A stretch of DNA of 64,000 nt, from contig CAXXXD010000002.1 in the NCBI GenBank assembly GCA_963663385.2, positions 1,728,001-1,792,000 on the forward strand. The letters run 5' to 3'. The stretch comes from Oceanispirochaeta sp. (GTDB taxonomy: Bacteria > Spirochaetota > Spirochaetia > DSM-2461). Position numbers and translations under genes: made by a program. Of the stretch, positions 28,544 to 38,276 are shown one piece after another. The notes under the pieces are model-generated. The model did not search any database, was not told where the DNA came from, and saw only the letters and a program-made list of their open reading frames with translations. How positions within the stretch are numbered: position 1 is the first letter of the stretch; each line of letters opens with the position of its first letter.

Positions 28544-29333
28544 CAAGACTGGACCACGGTTCGCCGTTCTGGGGAGCGGATCTGCCGCCAACGGGTATAT
28601 TTTCGAATATGATAACTTCTCTTTTCTGGTGGATAACGGGTATTCCCTGGCAGAATTCCGTCGACGGATGCGTGCCGTGCAGTTTGAAGAAACCCGGTTG
28701 GCTTTCATTTTCCTGACCCACCTGCACAGTGATCATTTCAAAGGTGTAGAGTCACTATCCCATGCCCTGAGCATTCCGGTTGTTACCCATGAGCAGATGC
28801 CGGTGGAGCAGCATCTGAAAAAAAACGGTCTGCATCGCCTGGATATACTTACGGGAAGGGATTATGATTTCCCGCCCCTCCGTTTCAGAGCATTCGAAAC
28901 ATTCCATGATGCTCCTCATTCCATCGGGTTTCACTTTACCATGGGAGAGCAGGTTTTTACTCTGATTACGGATACTGGCTGTATCAGTGATGAAATGGAA
29001 AATCTGGCTCTTGCTTCGGACTACCTGTTTCTGGAATCCAACTACTCCCCCGATATGCTTCACAGGGGACCTTATCCCCAGTTCCTGAAGAACAGGATTC
29101 TTTCCGGGCAGGGACACCTTTCAAATCTTGATGCAGCCGCTTTTATGAGCCGTCTGGCAAACAATGACAAATCCCGCCTGAAAAAAATAATTCTCTGTCA
29201 TTTATCCGAAAAGAATAATACAGTAGAAAAAGTAAAGGAAGAAGTGAATCGTTTGTACGACGGGGCTATCCCCTATGTTATATGCCCCCGAAACGATTTC
29301 CTGAAACATGACGCATTAATTCAGACCGCCTGA
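28506..29333 (+). CDS. MBL-fold metallo-hydrolase (YycJ/WalJ-like)
   Basis: LGSGSAAN, THLHSDH, HDA, TDTG, LESNY, GHLSN and HLSE.NN. The true start is probably the TTG at 28533. Confidence 0.88.
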   Translation: MIRTAGSPGLKADKTGPRFAVLGSGSAANGYIFEYDNFSFLVDNGYSLAEFRRRMRAVQFEETRLAFIFLTHLHSDHFKGVESLSHALSIPVVTHEQMPVEQHLKKNGLHRLDILTGRDYDFPPLRFRAFETFHDAPHSIGFHFTMGEQVFTLITDTGCISDEMENLALASDYLFLESNYSPDMLHRGPYPQFLKNRILSGQGHLSNLDAAAFMSRLANNDKSRLKKIILCHLSEKNNTVEKVKEEVNRLYDGAIPYVICPRNDFLKHDALIQTA

Positions 29334-29370
29334 TTATTTCTATAAGATAAAATAAATAAAGGAGTTTGAT

Positions 29371-31365
29371 ATGGCATTTGAAAAGCAGAAGTTCTGGTCA
29401 TTTATTGAGGAGACCTTGCCGGAAATCCGGAATTTTCTGGAAAGCTCGGATAAAAGTACGAGTCATCTGAGTAAAGAGGAACAGGCCATATGGGACTTCC
29501 TTTTAATCCTGTCGGGCAGAATGGGTGAGAATCCGTCTGCCGGATCAAATGAGTTTATGATAGCTGCGGCAGGGAAAATAACCCGGGAATGGGACATCCT
29601 CTGCCGGGACAACCCTGAACTCTGCGAACAGGCGGAGAGATTAATAACTGAAAACAGGAATGCCTCACCGGAGAAGAAACAGGAAGCGCTTATGGCTTTT
29701 CTCTTCCCGGAGATCAATTTCGCCGGAGGAGATGTTCAGGCTCAGCAGGATGAGGTAAGAAGACGGCGGACTGTCAAAATCCATGAGCTGAATCCCCGGC
29801 CCATCAAAAACCCGGCAGATGAGATCCTTTTTACTTCCAATGTTCTGTTGACGGTCCCTCCGGAAAATTATTATGACAAGCTTGATCCGGCCATGCGGGA
29901 GAGGGCCCGGAGGGTGGCCGATGAAAATCAGCAGTACTGGTTTGACCATCCCATTCTGATGGGAGTTGAGACGGATGCCAACGAGATGATCTACGGTCTT
30001 CGCGGTCTGGCGGAAACCCTTGAATTCGAAAAAGAGCAGGGGAATGCCGCTCCCGATGCGGAAATGACCGTTCTGCTCTCCCTGTCGGTAACCCATAAGG
30101 GGCTGAAGGATCTGGCTCACGAGTATCTGGCGGATGAACTGAAAAAGGCCGGCAGCCTGGAAGGGTTGAAGGTTTATCTGTTTTCCGAAGAAGATACGGC
30201 TTTTCTTTCCGCCAGTCTGAGCCGCTTGTCCGATGTACCCGGAGCAGAGCAGGCTATTGCTCATGTATTTGGTGTGGACGGCCGTTACGGCAGACACTAC
30301 AGCTTTCTCAAAGCCATTGCTCCCTTGTGGGCTCTTTGTATGGATCCCCGGGTTAAGGGTACCTTTAAAATAGACCTGGATCAGGTCTTTCCGGAAAAGG
30401 AGCTGATGGAACAGACCGGTCAAACCGCCTTTCAGCACTTTCAGACCCCTCTCTGGGGAGCCAGCGGCACGGACAGCTCCGGCCGGGAAGTAGCCCTGGG
30501 GATGATTGCGGGAGCTCTGGTAAACGAAAAGGATATCCATAAGGGTGTTTTTACCCCGGATGTCCCCCTCCCGGAAGAAGACGCGCCCCTGAAAGGGGAA
30601 ACCAGAATTTTTAACAAACAGCAGGCTATGGCCGTTTCAACAAGAGGGGAGATGATGACCCGTTATACTCCCGAACTGTTCCCCGGTCATCCCGATGGCA
30701 GGACAACCTGCATCAGCCGTGTTCATGTAACGGGAGGAACGAACGGTATACTCTGCGATACCCTGAGGCAGTTCCGGCCCTTTACCCCCGGTTTTATAGG
30801 AAGGGCGGAGGACCAGGCGTATCTGCTGTCTGTTTTACTGGGGAATCCGGCGGGGGACCAGGCGGGGCCCCTGATGCGCTATGTCCATGAATCCGGCCTG
30901 ATTATGCGCCATGATAAGGAGGCCTTTGCAGGAGATGCCATTGCCGCCGCCAAACTGGGAACCTGGATCGGTGATCTGTTACGGCAGCTGCACTTCAGTT
31001 TTTATGCCCGTTTTCTTAAAGGCGGAGTGGATGCGGTCAAGGAGGAACTGGACCCTTTTACGGGGTGCTTTATTACGCCCTTTCCCTATACCATGATCTT
31101 TCTGCGTCTTATTTTAAAGGTATTGGATGAACCGGAAAACCGGAACAATCTTCTGGACCTGGCGGCCCGCCGTCTGGGACCCTTTATAAGAGGGGAAGAG
31201 GGCACCGAATCCGTCATGAAGGCATGGATGGCGGAAAGGGAAGGGTGGGACCTCTACTATGATTCCCTGGATATACTTGAGAGCGAGCTGGAGGAATCCG
31301 GCGGGACAGGAGAAGAGGTTAAAGGGGCAATCCGGAGAAGGCTGGAACACTGCCGGATATGCTGA
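29371..31365 (+). CDS. Uncharacterised protein, probable GT-A fold nucleotide-sugar enzyme
   Basis: 664 aa with a strong RBS; FKIDLD, GGTNG, GRAED and MRHD motifs occur in GT-A order. Confidence 0.6.
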   Translation: MAFEKQKFWSFIEETLPEIRNFLESSDKSTSHLSKEEQAIWDFLLILSGRMGENPSAGSNEFMIAAAGKITREWDILCRDNPELCEQAERLITENRNASPEKKQEALMAFLFPEINFAGGDVQAQQDEVRRRRTVKIHELNPRPIKNPADEILFTSNVLLTVPPENYYDKLDPAMRERARRVADENQQYWFDHPILMGVETDANEMIYGLRGLAETLEFEKEQGNAAPDAEMTVLLSLSVTHKGLKDLAHEYLADELKKAGSLEGLKVYLFSEEDTAFLSASLSRLSDVPGAEQAIAHVFGVDGRYGRHYSFLKAIAPLWALCMDPRVKGTFKIDLDQVFPEKELMEQTGQTAFQHFQTPLWGASGTDSSGREVALGMIAGALVNEKDIHKGVFTPDVPLPEEDAPLKGETRIFNKQQAMAVSTRGEMMTRYTPELFPGHPDGRTTCISRVHVTGGTNGILCDTLRQFRPFTPGFIGRAEDQAYLLSVLLGNPAGDQAGPLMRYVHESGLIMRHDKEAFAGDAIAAAKLGTWIGDLLRQLHFSFYARFLKGGVDAVKEELDPFTGCFITPFPYTMIFLRLILKVLDEPENRNNLLDLAARRLGPFIRGEEGTESVMKAWMAEREGWDLYYDSLDILESELEESGGTGEEVKGAIRRRLEHCRIC

Positions 31366-31383
31366 TTTCTTCCTGTTAAATTT

Positions 31384-32358
31384 TCAGTCGTTCAGTTCCA
31401 TTTCAAATATCAGCTTCATCAGCTGCTGGTGCCAGTTTTCCGGATCCGGTTCAATATGACTGAACAGCTGGCCACCTGCCATTTCCTTGTGGCCGCCGCC
31501 CCGTCCGATTCCCCTGATAAACTTTTTCAGAATGAGAGAGGCATGGCGGTCGGGCCAGCTGTTCCGGAAAGATAGATTTATCGTATTGTTGTTCCGGGCG
31601 AAAAGGCAGACAAACTGAACTTCATTCAAAGATAGGATAAAGTCTCCCAGAATTCCCAGCAGGTTCTGGGGACAGCCCTCGGGAAGGTAGCAGAAGGCTA
31701 TTCCCTTCTCGTAACGGATCTCCTCAATTATGGAGCGGAAAAACTTCAGATCCGACAGCTGAATGTTATTCCTTAAAATATCGTTTACCACCGTATGGTC
31801 CGCATAGGCAAAAAGGTGATGAAAGGCATCCAGGTCCATCTCCGTTACCCCTCTGGTGTACAGGTCCGTATCCCGGGCCAGTCCGATCAGCAGGGCCGAG
31901 GCCGCTTCCCGCGAGGGGATTATATTCTGTTCTCTGAAGTATTCACTGATGATGGAGGAGCAGGAGCCGTATTCCGGCCGGATATCCGCAAAAACAACAT
32001 CGTCTGTTGTGCGGCTCCTATGATGGTCTATAACAGCAATCTCCCGTCCTGTCAGATCCTCCACATTGGAGTTCCCCTTGCAGCCGTCGACAATGATGAT
32101 ACGGTCTTCATTAATCAGGTTATACTGTTTCCAGTGGTAGATGGGAATTCTCAGTTCCGATATCATGCGAATAAGAGAGTCCCGCTGGAGCTGCCCGTCG
32201 TAGAGAATCTCGCAGGCAATGCCCAGCTGATTCAGCAGATCTTTCAGGCCGAAGGCGCTTGAGATGGCATCGGGGTCGGGAAAGTTGTGGGTCTGAATAA
32301 ACAGGCGGCCTTCCTCCTGTTTTATCAGTTCAATCAGTTTTTCGGAAAAGATAAGCAG
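31384..32358 (-). CDS. DHH family phosphoesterase (NrnA-like); start codon non-canonical or uncertain
   Basis: THNFPDPDAIS motif upstream of the first ATG (32166), plus IVDG, IDHH, DT and GGGH..MAGG. Confidence 0.85.
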   Translation of the reverse strand: MLIFSEKLIELIKQEEGRLFIQTHNFPDPDAISSAFGLKDLLNQLGIACEILYDGQLQRDSLIRMISELRIPIYHWKQYNLINEDRIIIVDGCKGNSNVEDLTGREIAVIDHHRSRTTDDVVFADIRPEYGSCSSIISEYFREQNIIPSREAASALLIGLARDTDLYTRGVTEMDLDAFHHLFAYADHTVVNDILRNNIQLSDLKFFRSIIEEIRYEKGIAFCYLPEGCPQNLLGILGDFILSLNEVQFVCLFARNNNTINLSFRNSWPDRHASLILKKFIRGIGRGGGHKEMAGGQLFSHIEPDPENWHQQLMKLIFEMELND

Positions 32359-32442
32359 CCCCCGATAGTCAAAGTATTCACCTTAGTTTATCATCTTATT
32401 CACTGAATTATAAGAATTATAAGCGATTAAGCGAGGATTTTC

Positions 32443-33345
32443 ATGGCCATACAGTGGTTTCCCGGTCACATGACCAAAACAAAAAAGCTCATTAAAGAGA
32501 ACCTGAAAAAGGTGGATATGGTCATAGAGATTGTTGATGCACGGGCGCCCCTGGCCAGTCGGAATCCTCTGCTGGATGAATTGACTGCGGGGAAACCCCG
32601 GCTGATTCTATTGAATAAAGCGGATCTGGCTGATCCGAAAACCACTGAAAAATGGCTTCGTTTCATGGAGACGGGCAGTGAGGTACGGGCTATTGCTGTC
32701 AATTCCAAAAGCAGTAAAAGTCTGAAGGCTGTTCCCGGTGAATGCAGGAAGTTGTGTAAGGGGAAAAAGTGGATCAACCGCCGTCCGGTCAAAGCCATGG
32801 TGGTGGGGATCCCCAATGTGGGTAAATCTACCGTAATCAATACCCTGGCCGGCAGGAAGAAAGCCCAGGCTGCCAACCAGCCGGGAGTGACCAGGGATAT
32901 GCAGCGGGTCCCCGTCAGTCGGGAGCTGCAGATTTTCGATACTCCCGGGCTGCTCTGGCATAAATTTGACGACCAGGTGGTTGGGATGAAACTGGCTTCC
33001 CTGGGTTCCATCCGGGATGCTATTCTCCATCTGGACGATATCGCCTTTGCCTGTACGGGGTATTTGAGCCGGGAGTATGGGGAATTGCTGCAGAAACGGT
33101 ACAAACTGGCCTGTATCAGGGATGAGGGAGAGGTTCCCGAACCCCATATTATCATTGAAGAGATTGGAAAAAACCGGGGGTTTCTGCAGGCCGGGGGGGC
33201 TGTGGATTATGAAAGAGCGGCCAAGCTGCTCTTAAAGGAGCTGCGGGACGGTGTGCTGGGGCGGATAACCCTGGAAGCTCCGGATGATCCCGGTAAGTTC
33301 TGGATTGTCATTACTCCGTCAGAAACGGATATCCCGGAAGAGTAG
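32443..33345 (+). CDS. rbgA: Ribosome biogenesis GTPase RbgA/YlqF
   Basis: IQWFPGHM, DARAP..SRNP, NKADL, GIPNVGKS and DTPG. Confidence 0.95.
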   Translation: MAIQWFPGHMTKTKKLIKENLKKVDMVIEIVDARAPLASRNPLLDELTAGKPRLILLNKADLADPKTTEKWLRFMETGSEVRAIAVNSKSSKSLKAVPGECRKLCKGKKWINRRPVKAMVVGIPNVGKSTVINTLAGRKKAQAANQPGVTRDMQRVPVSRELQIFDTPGLLWHKFDDQVVGMKLASLGSIRDAILHLDDIAFACTGYLSREYGELLQKRYKLACIRDEGEVPEPHIIIEEIGKNRGFLQAGGAVDYERAAKLLLKELRDGVLGRITLEAPDDPGKFWIVITPSETDIPEE

Positions 33346-33350
33346 GAGTA

Positions 33351-34991
33351 TCAGTCTACTCCCACGGCTGTTCCGTCCCGTCTTATATCTGCCGCACCCT
33401 GGAATCCTTTACCGTCTGTTTTTCTGATTACAGCCTGAATGCATCCCAGATAAAAAGATCTGCTTCCCCTTCTATCGATCCTGAATCCTTTGTATTCAAG
33501 AAACGGTATGAGACTCTCGGGAAAATTCGTCTCCTCCAGGCTTACCCGCCCCCCGAGGGAGCAGTGGAGTCTGGGGGAAATAACTGCTTCATCCAGAGAC
33601 CTGGATTTTTCGATTAAATTGATAAGAAACAGGGCCAGTGATGAAATTATCCTCTCCGATCCGGGGCTTCCGAAGGCCATCCAGAGATTGTCTCCGTTAA
33701 AAACAAGGGAAGGGGCTACTGTTGCCCAGGGAACCGAGTTGGGACGTAAGTAGAAGGGATGTTCCGGTTGAGTGTATTCAAAATCGGACAGATAATTGTT
33801 ATAGAGAAAACCAAGGCCTCCTGCCGCTGCTTTACTCCCGTAAACTCGCTCAATGGATTGTGTCAGACTGACAGCCATCCCGTTTTTATCAATTACGGAT
33901 AAATGCGTCGTTTCTCCTGTCAGTTCATCTTCCGTCGGAATGGTCGTCAGAATAGTTTTGTCAATATCACATAGTATTTCGAGAAGACACTCTCTTGCAT
34001 ACAGGGGATCGAGCATATTCTGCTCCTGTACCGTCTGATGAAAAAAGTTCGGATCAAACGGTCTGTCTGATCTTTCCAGTAGGACCCTTCTCAGAATGTT
34101 AATAAAAAGAAGGTGCTCTTTCAGTGGATCATTCAGCTCCACCTCTTTGGGAATAAGATCATGCATCTTCAGGACGAATAATAGTGAACGTCCTGATCCA
34201 GGAGGCGGCATTGTGAATATATCCAGATTCCTGAATGTTCCATGGAGAGGTTCCCTTTCAATGGGAAACGGAATCAGGGCAAGGTCGTCCCGTCTTATAA
34301 GTCCTCCGTTTTCTCTCATATCAGCATCTATCTGAAGAGCTGTTTTTCCCCTGTAGAAGTCCTCTATTCCTTTTCGGGACAGACGCTTGAGTAACAGGGC
34401 CAGATCATCCTGCCTGAACAGTTCTCCTTCCGTATAGGGAGTCCCGTTGTGAAAAAAATATCTGATTCCCGATTGGGACTCCACCCGATGAAAATCTTCA
34501 CTTTCCCGTTTAAGAAGTGTTTCCTGAAGTCCGGTAATCGTATACCCGTTCCGGGCAAGAGCGATGGCTGGATCAAGAACCTGCTGCCACTTCAATGAAC
34601 CATACCGGTTATGAATATACCATAGGGTCGCCGGTGTGCTGGGCACGGTAGCCGCTCTGTAACCAACAGATTTATCCTGCTTGTATATGGAACTGACATG
34701 AGCCAGGGAGGGAGCCCGGGAGGAGCCGTCAACAGCGATAACTCTGCCGCCGTAATTGATAAGCATCATTGTCTGTCCGCCCAGACCGCTGGCTTGCGGT
34801 TCTGTTACTGCCAGGGCAAAGGCTGCGGCAATAGCGCTGTCGACTGCATTTCCTCCGGATCTGAGTATGTCCGCTCCGACCTGGCTGGCATAGGATGACT
34901 GGGATGAAACCATGCCGTTTTTAGATGAACTGAACTTCCCGTCATCAGAAGGGTTGAACCTGTTTTCAATCTCTGTTAAATCCGGTCTCAT
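33351..34991 (-). CDS. ggt: Gamma-glutamyltransferase family (Ntn hydrolase)
   Basis: GGNAVD.AIA, EP.ASGLGG, PPPGSG, ETTHLSVID (nucleophile Thr), GSPG, PRLH and GAADIRRDG. Confidence 0.9.
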   Translation of the reverse strand: MRPDLTEIENRFNPSDDGKFSSSKNGMVSSQSSYASQVGADILRSGGNAVDSAIAAAFALAVTEPQASGLGGQTMMLINYGGRVIAVDGSSRAPSLAHVSSIYKQDKSVGYRAATVPSTPATLWYIHNRYGSLKWQQVLDPAIALARNGYTITGLQETLLKRESEDFHRVESQSGIRYFFHNGTPYTEGELFRQDDLALLLKRLSRKGIEDFYRGKTALQIDADMRENGGLIRRDDLALIPFPIEREPLHGTFRNLDIFTMPPPGSGRSLLFVLKMHDLIPKEVELNDPLKEHLLFINILRRVLLERSDRPFDPNFFHQTVQEQNMLDPLYARECLLEILCDIDKTILTTIPTEDELTGETTHLSVIDKNGMAVSLTQSIERVYGSKAAAGGLGFLYNNYLSDFEYTQPEHPFYLRPNSVPWATVAPSLVFNGDNLWMAFGSPGSERIISSLALFLINLIEKSRSLDEAVISPRLHCSLGGRVSLEETNFPESLIPFLEYKGFRIDRRGSRSFYLGCIQAVIRKTDGKGFQGAADIRRDGTAVGVD

Positions 34992-37141
34992 TCTGATGAT
35001 TCCGTACCGATTTCAATTAAGGTTTTGGTTAATAAAGCCATCCTTTCCGTAAGGCTGTAGGAAAGGATATACTCCGGACTTTTCTGGGGTTTTATTCCTA
35101 TCGGGCCCAGGCCGTCAATAATACAGGGATTCTCTACCTGAGAGATATCGGCGGAACTCCATCTGTGTTCCTCCAGAAGTCTAATATCCAGAGAATCTGC
35201 TATTGCTTTAATTTTCTGGTAAAGATCCTCGCTTTGAGGTGATTTTATCATGGGTGGTCTGCTTAGTCCCCCTTCCAGCCGGATATCAATATCCTTCTTG
35301 TTCTTCCGCTGTGTAATCAGTTTTCTTATCTTCTGGTCAATAAGCTCAAACTGGTTTATAAAATTATAGCGGACACTGATCTCTGCTTCCCCATGGGCAT
35401 AGGGTTCAGTGATGTTTGAGTTATAGCTCAATCTGGAAGGGCTCAGGACATACCCTTCCTCCGGGGCGCTGATTGTAACAATCTCATTCACTATTCTAAT
35501 GAATGATTTCGAGGCCAGTAACACTTTTGACTCATCTGCCGTATTTATCAGATTCATGGAAATATTATAGGATGCCGCACCGGATCTTGAGGTAACAACT
35601 CCGCCGTCAAGGAAGGATCCATGTAAACCCAGAACAGCCTTTGCGTTACCCGTCAGGGATATTATGATGGGTTTTGAGATTTTTCCATGGATAGCATCAT
35701 CGCTTGTCAGAATGACACCGATCTTTATTTTCCGGAGTTTTTTCAGATACCTGAGGGCCTGCAGCGCCCCAATAAGAATGATCAGCCCCCCTTTATGTTC
35801 CCAAATTCCGGAACCAAGTACCTTTGAGCCTGTATTTTTATAATACTGCTGTCTGGAAGGCTGAGTATTATTATCAAGATTCCCTATCAGAATAATTTCG
35901 GGTGATTCATCAGTGTTTTTAAAATAGAGAATGTTGCCGATTTCAACCTGGGGGTATGATTCGCATGTAAAGCGAAGGGAAACCAGCTCCTTTCTTAATA
36001 TATCTCCCAGGGTATTTACTCCTTCCAGGTTTCTGACATAGCTGTTCAGGTTTACCATTTTCTTAAGAATCTTCTCGTAATTATCCTGCCGGCTTCGCAG
36101 ATACCCCCTGATTTTGACACCCTGGGGTAACTCTTTCATCCTTACTTCATCCGGCAAGACAGTATTGGCAAAATATCTTATTGAAGCAGTTTCAAGCATT
36201 TTATTTACAAGGGCCTGGTAATCCAGACCGGCAACCTGAGCAGCATGGTAATAGGAGCCGGTTTTTCCCAGGCTTGCCATGGAATTGATTTCAAGGATAT
36301 GGACATTGTTCATCTCATCAAGCCGGATATCAACTCTTGCAAAATCTCTCAGACCCAATGCCTGAAAAGCCTGCCTGCTCCATTCGATCATCTTTCGAGC
36401 CAGTTCATCCGGGATATCAGCCGGACATATTTTTCTTCTGGGCCGTCTTTTCTTGTTATCCACTGTCTGGATCCCGTCCGGATCACCTTCCAGATCGATT
36501 TCCAGTACGGGAAAGGTTTCAATCGGATTGTTCCCGATAAGACCGACACAGAACTCTCTGCCCCGTATAAACTGTTCTACCAATGCCTGCTGCTGAAATT
36601 CACTGACTATGAATCTTACCGCATCCTTAAGATCATTCCTGTTATAGACCACTTTAAGACCGAATGAAACGGCCTCCATTTTAGGTTTGACAATTACAGG
36701 GTACTCTACCGAATCCATATCCTCTTCGGCATTATTGAATACCCAGAAATTAGGGGTCGGTATGCTGTGTTTCTGCATAACTATTTTTGTTATAACTTTA
36801 TCCAGGGCAAGGGCATGACCGGCAGGTGTTGATCCCACGTATGGTATTCCAAGCATTTCAAGCAAAGACGGCAGGTGGGTGTATCTGCTTTCCCCCTGGA
36901 TTCCATAGGCCATATTGAAGACCATTCCCATCCTTTCGCCTTCAAGTACCTTTGGCATAAAACTCTGAAGCCCTTCAATAACATGCATATCCCCATCGAT
37001 GATGCAGACATTGTGTCCCCCCGCTTCAAGTGCCTCTGCAACCATTTGAACTGTTTTAGGGTTGTACTTTTCCTTATTCTGCATACCGAATGTGTTAATC
37101 ACATTGGAGAAATCCTTGTTGTAGATAATAGCTACTTTCAT
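34988..37141 (-). CDS. Ddl-like ATP-grasp ligase fused to an M20 peptidase-like domain
   Basis: N-half: LLEMLGIPYVGS, VIVKP, VEQFIRGREF, ARVDIR, LEINS. C-half: M20-like GNLD, GSG...HKGG, SRSG, RPP, SAD, DGLGP. ATGA overlap with ggt. Confidence 0.85.
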   Translation of the reverse strand: MKVAIIYNKDFSNVINTFGMQNKEKYNPKTVQMVAEALEAGGHNVCIIDGDMHVIEGLQSFMPKVLEGERMGMVFNMAYGIQGESRYTHLPSLLEMLGIPYVGSTPAGHALALDKVITKIVMQKHSIPTPNFWVFNNAEEDMDSVEYPVIVKPKMEAVSFGLKVVYNRNDLKDAVRFIVSEFQQQALVEQFIRGREFCVGLIGNNPIETFPVLEIDLEGDPDGIQTVDNKKRRPRRKICPADIPDELARKMIEWSRQAFQALGLRDFARVDIRLDEMNNVHILEINSMASLGKTGSYYHAAQVAGLDYQALVNKMLETASIRYFANTVLPDEVRMKELPQGVKIRGYLRSRQDNYEKILKKMVNLNSYVRNLEGVNTLGDILRKELVSLRFTCESYPQVEIGNILYFKNTDESPEIILIGNLDNNTQPSRQQYYKNTGSKVLGSGIWEHKGGLIILIGALQALRYLKKLRKIKIGVILTSDDAIHGKISKPIIISLTGNAKAVLGLHGSFLDGGVVTSRSGAASYNISMNLINTADESKVLLASKSFIRIVNEIVTISAPEEGYVLSPSRLSYNSNITEPYAHGEAEISVRYNFINQFELIDQKIRKLITQRKNKKDIDIRLEGGLSRPPMIKSPQSEDLYQKIKAIADSLDIRLLEEHRWSSADISQVENPCIIDGLGPIGIKPQKSPEYILSYSLTERMALLTKTLIEIGTESSE

Positions 37142-37375
37142 AATGCCTCTTCAGAAAAAGAATCTAAAAATATTCTAATCCCTGAGTATTATAATTACCA
37201 AGAAAAAATAACCTGGTAACTATCTGTTATGTATTTGTTAAGTGTTTATGTGGAAAAAGGATGTATTTTTTTTCTGTACTGAATCGCAGCCCGTTTTCAT
37301 TATACCGTATCGGAAAAATCGTTTCCCCGAGGTTGCTGTGCAGGTTGAAATGGAAGTCTTGATGGCAGTTTCCCT

Positions 37376-37406
37376 TTGAACAGGGGGGGAGCCCCCCCCC
37401 CTTGAA
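37376..37406. terminator. G/C hairpin directly after the ABC operon
   Basis: G7-AG-C10 stem immediately past the stop at 37407. Confidence 0.5.
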
Positions 37407-38276
37407 CTAGCCTTTGGAAGCTCCCAGAGTCAGACCGGAAATAAAATACCTTTGCAGAAAGGGGTACAGAAGCAGCAGAGGGAGGATGGCAATAATAACC
37501 CCGGCCATCTGAGCGTTGTTGGATATCTGTACAGCCGATGATGCCGCATCATTCTCTATGACAAGTTTCTTGAGAGCCTGCTGGAGTGTGTATTTCCGGG
37601 GATCGTTCAGAAACAGGAGCGATTCGGTAAAATGGTTCCATTTCTCTACAAACTGGAACAGGGTAACAGTCGCCAGACCCGGTTTGGCAAGGGGAAAATA
37701 GATTCTCCATAAAACTGTCATTTCAGAGGCGCCATCGATTATGGCTGCTTCCCGGATCGATTCGGGTATCCGTTCAAAAAAGTTCTTCAGGAGGATTACC
37801 GTATATCCGGTGATCATTCCTGTCAGGGTTACCGCCCACAGAGTGTCCAGCAGTTTCAGATCCCGGTAGAGGATATAAAGGGGAATCATGATATTCTGAA
37901 TGGGAATCATCATGGTCAGCATCATAAATGAAATAAACAGTTTCTTCCCCGGAAAGGGGCCACGGGACAGAGCATATCCGGTGAGCATGCAGAAAAGAAC
38001 ATGGAGGAAGGTTCCCCCCAGTGTCACAATACTGTTGTTGATCAGGGGAGTCAGGATCCTGACCTGCTCAAACAGGACTTTGTATCCGTGAATACTGAAC
38101 TGTTTCGGCCAGAGCATTACACCCGGAGTAGAGGATGCCAGATCTGATGAGAAGGAAATGGACAGAGTATTGATCAGCGGTATAATGGTGATTGCCATGG
38201 CAAGGGAAAGAAAGATCCAGTTGAAGATATGAAACGCCGTTCTTCCTTTTTCATTTTTATAGAGATTCTGGTTCAT
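37407..38276 (-). CDS. Carbohydrate ABC transporter permease (MalG/LplC type)
   Basis: EAA loop IPESIREAAIIDGASE; multiple TM helices. Confidence 0.93.
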   Translation of the reverse strand: MNQNLYKNEKGRTAFHIFNWIFLSLAMAITIIPLINTLSISFSSDLASSTPGVMLWPKQFSIHGYKVLFEQVRILTPLINNSIVTLGGTFLHVLFCMLTGYALSRGPFPGKKLFISFMMLTMMIPIQNIMIPLYILYRDLKLLDTLWAVTLTGMITGYTVILLKNFFERIPESIREAAIIDGASEMTVLWRIYFPLAKPGLATVTLFQFVEKWNHFTESLLFLNDPRKYTLQQALKKLVIENDAASSAVQISNNAQMAGVIIAILPLLLLYPFLQRYFISGLTLGASKG

